This document shows positions 21,436 to 31,180 of a stretch of 64,000 nt of DNA, one piece after another (within the stretch, counting starts at the first letter, position 1; the number at the start of each line of letters is the position of its first letter). The translations under genes were made by a program, and so were the position numbers. The notes beneath the pieces were generated by a model that saw nothing but the letters and a program-made list of their open reading frames with translations, did not search any database and had not been told where the DNA came from. The DNA comes from Myxococcales bacterium (GTDB taxonomy: Bacteria; Myxococcota_A; Polyangia; Polyangiales; DASUME01), in assembly GCA_047601445.1 (NCBI GenBank), contig JASGJH010000001.1:2528001-2592000 (forward strand), written 5' to 3'.

Positions 21436-21526
21436 TCCACGCCATCTATCGAATCCGTGCAACGGACGTGGGGCGGAATGAGAACAGACTCATCCTTTGT
21501 TGGTGACATCTTTCAGTCGCGCAACG

Positions 21527-22726
21527 TCAGGGCTGCCCGGCGTCGGGCGGTACCTGACAGGCCTGCAGACTGGCGCTGATTCGCGAAGCCACCGCGGCGA
21601 GCGCAGGATCGAAATTATCTGCACACACGGAACGCGCCACGCCATTGTCGCCGAAGCCTTGCGCGGCTGCGATCAGGCGCGGTGCGGGCATCCCCTTCAC
21701 TTCGCCCTGGCTGTCGCTGCAGACCGTCTTGAGCGTGGTCTGATCTTCGGCCAAGGGGTCGCCAGCCCCCTCGCCCTGGTTGGACGCGTCGGCCACGGGG
21801 ATCGACTCGGGCAGCGCGAGCAGCTGACTCGGTGTGTCGCCGTCGGCGCTGAGAGGCACGCCCGAGAGAACACCGAACACGATGTGCTCCGGATGACCGG
21901 GCTTGAGTGCCTTGAGGCCTGCGACGAAATGATCGACGGGCTCGAGCAGCGTGGCGTCCTTGGCGAGCAGCGCGCAGCGCAGGTTGACGCCCACTGCATG
22001 CTCGGAGTCAGGCGACTTGAGGCGCGGGTCCGTTGGATCGACGCTGTAGAGCACCGCGCCGTCCTGCGCCACGGAGCAATCGTCCTCGTCCGTCACGTGG
22101 ACCACGGCCAGCACGGCGGTCTCGCGCAAGAAGCCCGCGTTTTCTCGATCGCCGTGGCCACCGCTACCACCGTGGAAGGCGGTGACGCTGCTGGGCGCCA
22201 GGGCCTTGTACATGGCCGCGAGGGGTTGCTCGTAGGGACAGCGCTGCAGGCCCACCGAGGCGAGGCACTGCACGTGCTCGATTAGCTCGTCGGGCTTGCT
22301 CTCGTCGTTGGGCACGTAGATCTGGTACGGATAAGCGTTACCCTTGCACTCGCCGCTGAGCGACTTCGTCAGCATCAGGCCATCGTTGCCCTGCGCGCTG
22401 CACTGCGGGACGCCATCGGCGTAGGCGCCCATGTCCGACGTGGTCACCGCCACATGGATGTCGCTGAAGGCCTGGGACTCCACGGTGCCGTCGTGATCAT
22501 AGTCGCCGTTGCCCAGCCCCTCGAGGAAGCGCGGGATGGCCGCTGACAGGCGGTCGTGGACCAACGTTTTCGACACCGAGTTGTCGATCACGAACAACAG
22601 ATCGAGTTCGTGCAGGCAGATCTCTTCGCCCGCGTCCCGTAGTGCCCCGTGATCGGCCTGGTCGCCGCAGCCCGATGCTGCTGCGGCCGCGATAGCCAGC
22701 CCAATGGCCAAAGTCTTCGACGACAT
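21527..22726 (-). CDS. Myxobacterial VWA-domain lipoprotein
   Basis: Lipobox ASGC; DLLFVIDNSVS (MIDAS), EQPLAA, GFLRETAVLAVVHVTDEDDCS. Confidence 0.8.
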   Translation of the reverse strand: MSSKTLAIGLAIAAAAASGCGDQADHGALRDAGEEICLHELDLLFVIDNSVSKTLVHDRLSAAIPRFLEGLGNGDYDHDGTVESQAFSDIHVAVTTSDMGAYADGVPQCSAQGNDGLMLTKSLSGECKGNAYPYQIYVPNDESKPDELIEHVQCLASVGLQRCPYEQPLAAMYKALAPSSVTAFHGGSGGHGDRENAGFLRETAVLAVVHVTDEDDCSVAQDGAVLYSVDPTDPRLKSPDSEHAVGVNLRCALLAKDATLLEPVDHFVAGLKALKPGHPEHIVFGVLSGVPLSADGDTPSQLLALPESIPVADASNQGEGAGDPLAEDQTTLKTVCSDSQGEVKGMPAPRLIAAAQGFGDNGVARSVCADNFDPALAAVASRISASLQACQVPPDAGQP

Positions 22727-23066
22727 GGTCGCCAAGCTAGTCACCTGGGCCCGGGCTTCCAGCGACGTTCCTGCGACAAGTTCGTGCGCAACCCGCAGCG
22801 GAGATGCCGCAAAAGCGTCGTGTGCGGCGCGCGGGCTTGGCCTAGAAGCGTCCCGGCGCACCGAAAGTTCGCACGTCGCTCGATCGGGAACCGCAAGCGG
22901 GTGAGGCAAGCCCGCTCACGTGGGGCTCGCGTGCTCGGGACGACGGGTCGACCCTGCGGGAAACCCTGCGTTGAAGCGTCCTGCTTCTGGCATGGAGCTC
23001 GCTACGCGTCGCCCATGCTGGCCGAAGCTCGCACAGGTCCTGAGCGAGCACGGAGGAGGAGGTCCC

Positions 23067-23456
23067 ATGAAAAATTCCTGGATTACTGGTGTGGCCACAC
23101 TGGCACCCATGCTCGCCGTGGGATGCGCGAGCTACCCTCAACCGACGGAACATCTCGCTTCGTCGATGGCCGCCGTGCGCGGCGCCGAGGAGGCTGGAGC
23201 CACCTCGGTGCCGAAGGCGGCGCTGCACCTGAAGCTCGCCCAAGAGGAGCTGGAACAGGCGCGAACGATGCTGGAGCACGGCGACAACGAGCGCGCCGAT
23301 GCCATGACCATTCGCGCGTACAACGACGCCGAACTTGCGCTGGCACTGGCCCGCGAGGAGGCAGCCGAGCGTCGGCTGGCGACGTTCGACGAGCTCTCGG
23401 CGCGCGACTCATCTCTACAACAGGGCAATGCCCGTGCGGAAGGAGCGAAGCCATGA
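23067..23456 (+). CDS. DUF4398-domain lipoprotein
   Basis: GGAGGAGG RBS; lipobox AVGC; AEEAGA...LKLAQEELEQA...DAELALALARE. Confidence 0.8.
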   Translation: MKNSWITGVATLAPMLAVGCASYPQPTEHLASSMAAVRGAEEAGATSVPKAALHLKLAQEELEQARTMLEHGDNERADAMTIRAYNDAELALALAREEAAERRLATFDELSARDSSLQQGNARAEGAKP

Positions 23457-24364
23457 GACAGCCCATGCTCTCCGGTTTGACCGTGACGGCCCTCGCGCTC
23501 GCGGCGGGTTGCGCCTCGCGTCCGCCCAACGAGTTGGTGGATGCTCGCCGCGCCTACCAGCAAGCCAAAGCCGGCCCTGCCGCGGAGTACACGCCGGCGC
23601 AGCTCCACACGGCCGAGAGTTCCCTGGTCTTGGCGGAGCAGACCTACGCCGACGAAGGAGACTCAGCGAGCACGCGAGACCGCGCCTACGTCGCCAAGCG
23701 CAAGGCCGAGCTCGCCACCGTGCAGGCTCGCGTCGCCATCGCCGAGAACCGCTTGGCCAAGGCAGCCGCCGATGAGCGACGCAAGCAGACCCGGGAGTTG
23801 ACGGAGGCGCGCGCCGAGCTGGCAGACCAACGCGACGCGCTGGTGGCCGAACGCGCGCGGCGTGCCGAAGCCGAGCAGCGCGCACAGCAAGCCGCCGCCG
23901 ACTTGGCGCGCGTCGCGAGCGTGAAGCAGGAGGATCGCGGCATGGTGATCACGCTCTCCGGGGGTGTGTTGTTCGCCAGCGGCAAGGCGAGCCTGTTGCC
24001 GAGCGCCCAGGCCAAACTGAGCGAAGTCGCCGACGCCTTGAGCGAGAGCGCCCCCGACTCCGCCATCCTGGTGGAGGGTCACACCGACTCGCAGGGGTCC
24101 GCCCGCTTCAACCAGGAGCTCTCGAGCGACCGGGCCAACGCGGTGCGTGCATACCTGGTGTCGCACGGCGTGGCCGCCGACCGCATCCGCGCCGAGGGGC
24201 TGGGTTTCACCCGTCCCGTCGCCGACAACGGCACCCCGGAGGGGCGCGCCAACAATCGTCGGGTCGAAATCGTGGTGCAGCCCCCCGTGTCGAGCTCCAA
24301 GGGCGAGGGCCTGCCAGGGGCCCCACCCGGGGACGGCGTCCGTGACCCCGCCCGGAACCCCTGA
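23453..24364 (+). CDS. OmpA-family lipoprotein with N-terminal DUF4398
   Basis: Lipobox AAGC; VLFASGKA, VEGHTDS, LSSDRANAV and NRRVEIV motifs; ATGA overlap with the upstream gene. Confidence 0.92.
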   Translation: MRQPMLSGLTVTALALAAGCASRPPNELVDARRAYQQAKAGPAAEYTPAQLHTAESSLVLAEQTYADEGDSASTRDRAYVAKRKAELATVQARVAIAENRLAKAAADERRKQTRELTEARAELADQRDALVAERARRAEAEQRAQQAAADLARVASVKQEDRGMVITLSGGVLFASGKASLLPSAQAKLSEVADALSESAPDSAILVEGHTDSQGSARFNQELSSDRANAVRAYLVSHGVAADRIRAEGLGFTRPVADNGTPEGRANNRRVEIVVQPPVSSSKGEGLPGAPPGDGVRDPARNP

Positions 24365-24554
24365 CATCCAACTACCCTTGGCTCAGGCTCGGCGAGGGGC
24401 GTAGGTCGCGCGACCCACTGTTCCAACGCCGAGCCAGATGCGTGACACCTTCCGCCCGGTTGTGTGAGATCTATGTGACGTTCCATCCTGGGCTGACGCG
24501 GCCTGCGCTAGGCTTATCGTCTGAGATCTTGGATCTTTTGGAAGGAACGTCAGC

Positions 24555-26795
24555 GTGCCGAGTATGCCTGCAGAACGCGCTCCCTCGAATGGTAGTAACA
24601 CCCCGGTGCTGAGGGAGCCGGAGAGTCAGGTGCGGCCGGCCGCCGTGGTGGAGCCGCCGCAGAGCACCCCGAGCAAGCTGCCACCCCCTCCGCTCGATCC
24701 AGGCCTATACATCAACCGGGAGCTCTCCTGGCTGGCCTTCAATGGCCGTGTGCTCGCGGAGGCGCTCGATCCCGCGCATCCCCTGCTGGAGCGCCTGAAG
24801 TTCCTGGCCATCCATGCCTCGAATCTGGACGAGTTCTTCATGGTGCGCGTCTCGGGCCTGCACGAGCAGCTCGAGGCCACCGTGCTGGAGAACACACCCG
24901 ACGGTCTCAGTCCTGGGGAGCAACTCAAGCGCATCCGAGAGATCGTGGATGCCCAGCTGCGTGAGGCCTACTCGGTACTCAGCGGAGAGCTCCTGCCGTC
25001 GCTCCGACAAAACGGCATCTGGATCGCCGACTGGAAGGATCTGGACGAACAAACGCGGGCGCACGCCTCCGAGTACTTCCGCACGCAGGTCTTCCCGGTG
25101 CTGACGCCGCTGGCGGTCGATCTCGCGCACCCGTTCCCATTCCTCTCGAACCTCTCGCTTTCGCTGGCCGTGGAGGTCCGCGACCCCGACACCGGCGAGT
25201 GGAAGTTCGCTCGGGTCAAGGTGCCCGAGAGTCTGCCGCGCTTCGTGCCCGTGGACGCGCTCGGCAAGGGCCGCGTCTCCCAGATCCCCGGCGGCTCCGT
25301 GCAGCGCTTCTTGCCGCTCGAGCAGCTGATCGCCCAGAACGTGAACCAGCTCTTCCCCGAGCTGGAGATCCTCGGCTGCCACCCGTTCCGCGTCACGCGC
25401 GACACCGACATCGACATCCTGGTGGAAGAAGCCGAGGACCTGATGTCCGTGATCGACCGCGAAATCCGGCGCCGCCGCTTCGGCGCCTGCGTGCGGCTCG
25501 AAGTGCATCACCGGATTCCGGCCCGCGTGCGCAAGCTGCTGCGCGAGAAGCTCGAGATCGACGACGAGGACGTATACGAATCGGTGGGTCTGCTCGAGCT
25601 CAACGCGCTGATGTCGCTGGCCTCCATCGATCGCCCCGATCTGCGCGATCCGCCCTTCGCTCCCCGCTTGCCGCAGGCGCTGGCAGACGCAGGGTCCACG
25701 TTCACGGCCGTGCGCGCCTCCGACATCCTGCTGCACCACCCGTACGACTCGTTCGCCTCGGTGCTGGACTTCCTGGAGCAGGCCGCCACGGACCCCAACG
25801 TACTGGCCATCAAGATGACCTTGTATCGCGCCGGCTCCAACGCCGAGGCCGTGCGGCGTCTGATCCGGGCGGCGGAGAATGGCAAGCAGGTGGCCGTTTC
25901 GATCGAGCTCAAGGCTCGCTTCGACGAGGAGAACAACATGGTCTGGGCGCGCGCCATGGAGCGCGCGGGCGTGCACGTGTTCTACGGTGGCGCCGGCATG
26001 AAGACCCACGCCAAGATGGCCCTGGTGGTGCGGCGTGAGAAAGATGCCCTGCAGCGCTACGTGCACCTCTCCACGGGCAACTACAACGCGAGCACGGCGC
26101 GACTCTACACGGACATCGCGCTGTTCACCGCGAACACGGAGATCGGCGAGGACGTCTCGGAGCTCTTCAACGCGCTGTCGGGCGTGTCCAAGCAGACCCG
26201 CTACCGCAAGCTCTCGGTTGCGCCCACGGGACTCGCCGAGGCGGTCCTGGCTCAGATCGGCGAGCAGACGCGGCGCGCGCTGGAGGGCCTGCCCGCGCGC
26301 ATCTACGGCAAGATGAATTCGCTGGTCGAAGTGAACGTGATCCGGGCGCTCTACGACGCGTCCGCGGCGGGCGTGCAGATCGACCTGGTGGTGCGCGGAA
26401 TTTGCTGCCTGAAGCCCGGCGTCCCCGGCGTGTCGGAGAACATCCGGGTGCGCTCCATCGTGGGACGCTTCCTCGAGCACGAGCGCTTGTTCGTGTTCGG
26501 CGAAGGAGCGTCCGAAAAAATGTTCGTGTCCTCCGCCGACTGGATGCCGCGCAACTTCTATCGGCGCGTGGAGGTCATGTTCCCCATCGAGAGCGAGGCG
26601 CTGCGCTCGCAGATCCGCAAGGAAGTCATCGAGCCCTCCCTCACCGACGACGTGCGGCACTACGCGCTCGACGCCAACGGCGAATACACCCGCATCAGCC
26701 GGCGCGGCGAAGAGGCCCTGCCCTGCATGCAGACCAGGCTGCTCGAAGCCAGCGCCGCCGACCCTGCTCGACGCGTGCCTTTTTCGCGCTCCTAG
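24555..26795 (+). CDS. ppk1: Polyphosphate kinase 1
   Basis: NRELSWLAFN, NLDEFFMVRV, HHPYDSF, ELKARFDE, KTHAK, TGNYN and SADWMPRN motifs. Confidence 0.97.
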   Translation: MPSMPAERAPSNGSNTPVLREPESQVRPAAVVEPPQSTPSKLPPPPLDPGLYINRELSWLAFNGRVLAEALDPAHPLLERLKFLAIHASNLDEFFMVRVSGLHEQLEATVLENTPDGLSPGEQLKRIREIVDAQLREAYSVLSGELLPSLRQNGIWIADWKDLDEQTRAHASEYFRTQVFPVLTPLAVDLAHPFPFLSNLSLSLAVEVRDPDTGEWKFARVKVPESLPRFVPVDALGKGRVSQIPGGSVQRFLPLEQLIAQNVNQLFPELEILGCHPFRVTRDTDIDILVEEAEDLMSVIDREIRRRRFGACVRLEVHHRIPARVRKLLREKLEIDDEDVYESVGLLELNALMSLASIDRPDLRDPPFAPRLPQALADAGSTFTAVRASDILLHHPYDSFASVLDFLEQAATDPNVLAIKMTLYRAGSNAEAVRRLIRAAENGKQVAVSIELKARFDEENNMVWARAMERAGVHVFYGGAGMKTHAKMALVVRREKDALQRYVHLSTGNYNASTARLYTDIALFTANTEIGEDVSELFNALSGVSKQTRYRKLSVAPTGLAEAVLAQIGEQTRRALEGLPARIYGKMNSLVEVNVIRALYDASAAGVQIDLVVRGICCLKPGVPGVSENIRVRSIVGRFLEHERLFVFGEGASEKMFVSSADWMPRNFYRRVEVMFPIESEALRSQIRKEVIEPSLTDDVRHYALDANGEYTRISRRGEEALPCMQTRLLEASAADPARRVPFSRS

Positions 26796-26807
26796 CGTCG
26801 GCCTTTC

Positions 26808-28517
26808 TTACTTGGGCGGGAAAGCCGTCCAGCCTCGGGTCCAGTCCTCGCCGCCGGGCTCGATGGCTCCGACGAAGTCCGCCTCGAGATCGAAGAACGG
26901 CGGCCGTGTGTCGCCGAAGGCTTCACTGGGCTGCTCCGCGTAGAGCGCGCCGAGCGCGGCATCGGGCGCAGGCACGAAGTTTGGCGCCGTGTAGTTGTAG
27001 GGGGCGATCAGTCGTGGGTCGTCCGTGATTCGGTTGAGTGTGGGTCCCGCGCTGAGGCTCTCCATTTCGTCGAGTCCGTCGTCGGCCGTGTCCTCCGCTC
27101 CGCTCGGAAACAAGATGGCTGTGTCGGCCATCCAAAACACGGAGTTGCGCAGGGACAAGGTGCCCTCACGCAGATGCGCCGCGGCGGTCGACCCGCCGAT
27201 GTCGATAGCACCGGCATTGAAGGCCATGAAGATCTGATTCCGCAGGTACCCCCGACTTCCTCCACGCAGGCGCCCGCCTACCTTGCCGCCGATGCCGTTG
27301 TTGGTGCCGATCCAGGTGGCGTTGAAGATGCGCGGATCGGGGTCGCGAAGAGGGGTGTCCGAGGTGCCGCCCGCCTCGAAGCCGAGGTCGGCTGCATCTG
27401 GATACTGCTGCGCGATCAGGAACTGCGCGCGGCCACGCCAACCGTCGTCCCAGTCGAAGCTGTCGTCGCTGGCCCCTGTGATCAACAGATGGCTGAAGTC
27501 CACCGAGCCTCCGAATACCTCGACTCCGTCGTCGCCGCTGAGGTGCACCTGGACGTGGTCGATCACGGTGCGATAGCCACAAGCGTAGAGTTGGATGCCG
27601 TTGCTCTCGTTGCCCATGCCGCCGCCCGCGTTGAAGCTGGCGAACTCCACCCGCACGTAGCGCAGGGTGCCGCAGTCGTGTCCGTCAGCGCCGGCACCCG
27701 GGATGGCGGCCCCACCTTGCAAAGCGAGTGGCGTGCGCTGCCCTGTCTCGGCCTCAGTCGATGCACCGGAGTCCTGACCTGCGTCGTTCCCGGCGTCCTG
27801 GTGCCCTGCGTCGCTCGCGGTGTGTCGTCCCCCGTCGGTCCTGGGTGTGCCGGCATCTCCTGCGCCCGCGTCGGGCTCCTCTTCCTCGGGTGGTCCGTAG
27901 GCGAGTTGGTCGTCGATGTTGTGCCCTCCGACGGTGGCAGGAAATCCCTCGACGCGCCGCGTGCCGCCCGTGGAGGCCGCCCCGAGCAAGGTGATCCCGC
28001 CCCAGTCGTCGCGCGCACGCGAGCCGACCGGGTTGGCGCTCGTGAACACGATGGGGTCCACGCGCGTGCCCTCGGCTTCGATGCGCCCCGTGCGCGTGAC
28101 CACGAGGAAGCCGCGCGCCGAAGCCGTCACTTGACCGCGCACCACGGTGCCGGGCTCGATGGTGAGGACCTGCGGGCTCCCCAGGTCGCCTGAGGCCACG
28201 AACACGATGCCGTTGAGCACGTAGATGTGATCGCAGGTCCAGCGAGTACGGTCTTCGGAGAGCACGCCCGCTTTGATGTCCACCAGCGTGCGCTGGGCGA
28301 GCGGAGGACAAGTGGACTCGCTCGGCTCGGCCACACTGGAGTCCGGCGTGGCGGAGTCTGGCGACCCGGGAGCGGGTTGGATGGGAGGCTGAGAGCCATC
28401 GAGCCCAGCATCGAGATCACCCGCGTCGTCGGGGCATTCGACGTAGATCAGCCGCTCCCGCGTGTCGCAAGCCGTGATGCACAACAGCAGCGTCAGCACA
28501 CCGATACGCGCGAGCAT
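26808..28517 (-). CDS. Uncharacterised lipoprotein, predicted beta-helix repeat family
   Basis: Lipobox ITAC; LTIEPGT, PIVFTS, DWGGITLLG, GTLRYVRVEFA, GDDGVEVFGG, DDSFDWDDG; ends in WTRGWTAFP. Confidence 0.75.
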   Translation of the reverse strand: MLARIGVLTLLLCITACDTRERLIYVECPDDAGDLDAGLDGSQPPIQPAPGSPDSATPDSSVAEPSESTCPPLAQRTLVDIKAGVLSEDRTRWTCDHIYVLNGIVFVASGDLGSPQVLTIEPGTVVRGQVTASARGFLVVTRTGRIEAEGTRVDPIVFTSANPVGSRARDDWGGITLLGAASTGGTRRVEGFPATVGGHNIDDQLAYGPPEEEEPDAGAGDAGTPRTDGGRHTASDAGHQDAGNDAGQDSGASTEAETGQRTPLALQGGAAIPGAGADGHDCGTLRYVRVEFASFNAGGGMGNESNGIQLYACGYRTVIDHVQVHLSGDDGVEVFGGSVDFSHLLITGASDDSFDWDDGWRGRAQFLIAQQYPDAADLGFEAGGTSDTPLRDPDPRIFNATWIGTNNGIGGKVGGRLRGGSRGYLRNQIFMAFNAGAIDIGGSTAAAHLREGTLSLRNSVFWMADTAILFPSGAEDTADDGLDEMESLSAGPTLNRITDDPRLIAPYNYTAPNFVPAPDAALGALYAEQPSEAFGDTRPPFFDLEADFVGAIEPGGEDWTRGWTAFPPK

Positions 28518-28529
28518 GGGCGAGTCCTC

Positions 28530-30065
28530 TTATTCCTGGGGGAAGTCGGTCCAGACGGGTTCACCGCTCTGCTCGGCTTGCGTCCAGTCGAGGGCGCGAT
28601 CGGCTTCGAACTCGATCTTGGGCAGCGCTCCTGCGTAGGCGGCCGATTCGAAGACTCCCTCCCATCCGGTCGGCACGTTGCCTTCGAGATTGCTCGAGTT
28701 GACGTAGCTGTCGGCGCTGAAGTCCGGCCTGAGAGGCGGCGGGTCGAACGGACGCTGCAATATGATCGGGGGAAAGCGATTCTGCAGACTCGGCTCGCGG
28801 AAGGTTTGGTCCTCGGAGAAGCTGCCGTCGTCGTCCATGGTGCCATCGCCGGGCTCGGCACCCGTGCCGGGAAATCCCGGGTGCATGCGCGGCTCGGGAC
28901 CACCGAAGATGGTGTTGCGAATGGTCAGGTCGGTGCCGACATGCTGCGCGGTGACGACGTCGATGATGTCGACCCAGCTACCCGCGAAGCCGTACACCAC
29001 CGAGTTTCGAATCGTGGCGCGCGTGCCGGCCTGGAGCAGGATACCGGTCTCCAGCCCATTGGGATCCCCCACGCCACGTGGCAGGCCCTTGGCGTTGGCG
29101 CCCACCAGCGTCGCGTTGAAGATGATGGGAGACGAGGGAGGCGTCGAGTCCGGCTTGCCTTCGTCCTGCGAGCCCTTGAGCGCGGCCCCGGCGCCGTAGA
29201 ACGACTGCACCACCACGAACTGCAGCAGGCCTGAGTAGCCCGCGGTCCACTCGATGCCATCGGCCGTGGCGGCAGTCACCAGAACGCGCTTGATGGGGGC
29301 TTGTCCGCCGATCAAGCCGAGACCGTCCGTGGCGGCATGAATCTGCACGTCGTGAACCGAGGTCTTTCGGCCGCACCCTGCCAGCGTGAGGGCCGAGCTC
29401 GGGAATGCGTACTCGTCAGCGAGCCCCCCGGCGAACTCGATCCGTACGTGCTCAAGCTGACCGCAGTCGTGATTCACGTCAGAGCCGCCGAAGTGGCTGC
29501 TGATGTCGGCCGCAGAGAGCCCCAGCGACGAGGTCTCGGGCAATGACGTGGGCGCCTTTCCGAGCAGGAACACGCCGCGCCAGGCACCCGGCTGTGCGGG
29601 ATGCTCGACGGCGGTGAAGACGATGGGTTCCTGGGCGGTGCCCGCTGCCACCAGGCGCGCCTCCTTCGAGATCACCAGGCCCGAACCGTTGCGCACCTTG
29701 ATGCGAACGCCCGGATCGATGGTCAGCGTGCCAGCGCGGACCACGGCGGCGCCCACCAGCTCGTAGTCGGTCTCGCAGGTCCAGCGGGTGTCCTCGGTGA
29801 TCTCCAGCATGCGCTTGACCGTGTTGCCGCGCTGCCCAGGCGGTTTGCAGCCCATGGTCGAACTGCCCGCGTCCGAGCCTGCATCGGTGGGAGGCCCGGC
29901 CTCCGGCGTAGGCTCGGGATGCTCCGACTCATGGCCAGCATCGTGCTGACCGGAATCGAGATCCATTGCGGCGTCCCGCACCACCTGATCGCCCGGCGAC
30001 AGCGGCGTGCACGCAGAGAACCCAGCGCACAGCGCGAACGCTAACTTCAGAATGCGCCCGAACAC
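28530..30065 (-). CDS. Paralogous uncharacterised lipoprotein (same family as 26808-28517)
   Basis: Lipobox FSAC; LTIDPGV, PIVFTA, WRGVFLLG, GQLEHVRIEFAG; ends in WTDFPQE. Start uncertain (GTG 30065 or ATG 30098). Confidence 0.72.
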   Translation of the reverse strand: MFGRILKLAFALCAGFSACTPLSPGDQVVRDAAMDLDSGQHDAGHESEHPEPTPEAGPPTDAGSDAGSSTMGCKPPGQRGNTVKRMLEITEDTRWTCETDYELVGAAVVRAGTLTIDPGVRIKVRNGSGLVISKEARLVAAGTAQEPIVFTAVEHPAQPGAWRGVFLLGKAPTSLPETSSLGLSAADISSHFGGSDVNHDCGQLEHVRIEFAGGLADEYAFPSSALTLAGCGRKTSVHDVQIHAATDGLGLIGGQAPIKRVLVTAATADGIEWTAGYSGLLQFVVVQSFYGAGAALKGSQDEGKPDSTPPSSPIIFNATLVGANAKGLPRGVGDPNGLETGILLQAGTRATIRNSVVYGFAGSWVDIIDVVTAQHVGTDLTIRNTIFGGPEPRMHPGFPGTGAEPGDGTMDDDGSFSEDQTFREPSLQNRFPPIILQRPFDPPPLRPDFSADSYVNSSNLEGNVPTGWEGVFESAAYAGALPKIEFEADRALDWTQAEQSGEPVWTDFPQE

Positions 30066-31180
30066 GTGACACCGAAGAGACCGAGTGTCCCCCCACATCG
30101 AACCGCGCGCTGGGCCACTTTGGGGCGCTCCCCCTGGGAACCCGAGCGCGATGGAGCGAGGACCAACAGCAGCACACCCGTCGCGAGCGCGGCTGCGCCC
30201 CCCGCGTAGAAACCCACCGCCAGCCGCTGCATGTTCGTGAGTCGTGCCTTCTCGTCGGCGCAAACCTCGGCGCGCGTGACCCCGGAACCGTCGCAGTCGG
30301 CGTGATTCCAGCGATCGGCGAGGTGTTCGCGCTCGATATTGGCCCGCACGCCGACTCCGAGCGCGCCGGCTCCCAGCGCCAATGCGGACGCTCCCAGCGC
30401 GAGATAGGTGATACGCCACTTGTGCCGGCGCGACGACGCTGGCTCGGCAGGGGCGGCTCGCTGAGGCTCTGTCTTCACCGGCTCCGTGTTGGCAGCGGCC
30501 ACCTGCGGCGTTGCCACCTTCGCTGCGGGCGCGGCCACGGGCGCCGGTGCCGCGGCGGGCAGACTGCGCGGGGATGCGTCCGTGCCGACCTTGAGCAGCC
30601 GGTTTCCGTGTCCATCCAGCAGCGTCACGCCGTACTCGAGCGCCTGCGCGTCGGACGCGTCGGACGCGAAGTGTAGCTCTGCGCTGGGGGGCACCACGGT
30701 CTCGCGATACTCGGCGCTGCCAGCTGCGCGCACCCGCATGCGCACTCGCGCCACCAGCCCCGCGGGATCCGACACGCGGGTGCGCAGCCGAGCGCCTTCG
30801 CGAACCACCTCCACCGAGAGTGGTTGCGCGTGCGCGGACCAGAATCCGCGCGCCTCGAGGTACGGGCTGCGCACGTGATCGGGGAGGCTCTTTTCCAGGC
30901 GAAACTGGGGATCCAGCGCAAGCAAGCTCACGAAGGCCTGCTGCGCCGCGGCGGCATCCGAAAGTTGGGCGCTGCTCACCGCCAAGTCACGCAGAGCGCG
31001 CGCGTACTCGGCGGGTTCGAGCTCACCGCTCTCGATGGCGGCCTGCGCCCGCGCCTGCGTGGCGAGCTCCGCTGCGCGCACGTCGGCTGGCAGGCCTTGC
31101 GCCGAGGCGGCGCGGGGAAGTGCCCACAGCACGCCGTAGAGCAGCGCTGCGAAGAAGAAGGTACGGCCCATCATCATCAT
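30047..31180 (-). CDS. Secreted TPR-like protein with C-terminal hydrophobic segments and terminal Phe
   Basis: Signal peptide; TPR-like AQQAFVSLLALDP; two Gly/Ala hydrophobic stretches around a Cys pair; ends in GVTCSGAF. Confidence 0.7.
   Translation of the reverse strand: MMMMGRTFFFAALLYGVLWALPRAASAQGLPADVRAAELATQARAQAAIESGELEPAEYARALRDLAVSSAQLSDAAAAQQAFVSLLALDPQFRLEKSLPDHVRSPYLEARGFWSAHAQPLSVEVVREGARLRTRVSDPAGLVARVRMRVRAAGSAEYRETVVPPSAELHFASDASDAQALEYGVTLLDGHGNRLLKVGTDASPRSLPAAAPAPVAAPAAKVATPQVAAANTEPVKTEPQRAAPAEPASSRRHKWRITYLALGASALALGAGALGVGVRANIEREHLADRWNHADCDGSGVTRAEVCADEKARLTNMQRLAVGFYAGGAAALATGVLLLVLAPSRSGSQGERPKVAQRAVRCGGTLGLFGVTCSGAF

Noticed and set aside
22649..24364. 571-aa OmpA ORF
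   Set aside because: The extension overlaps the DUF4398 gene; the real start is ATG 23453.
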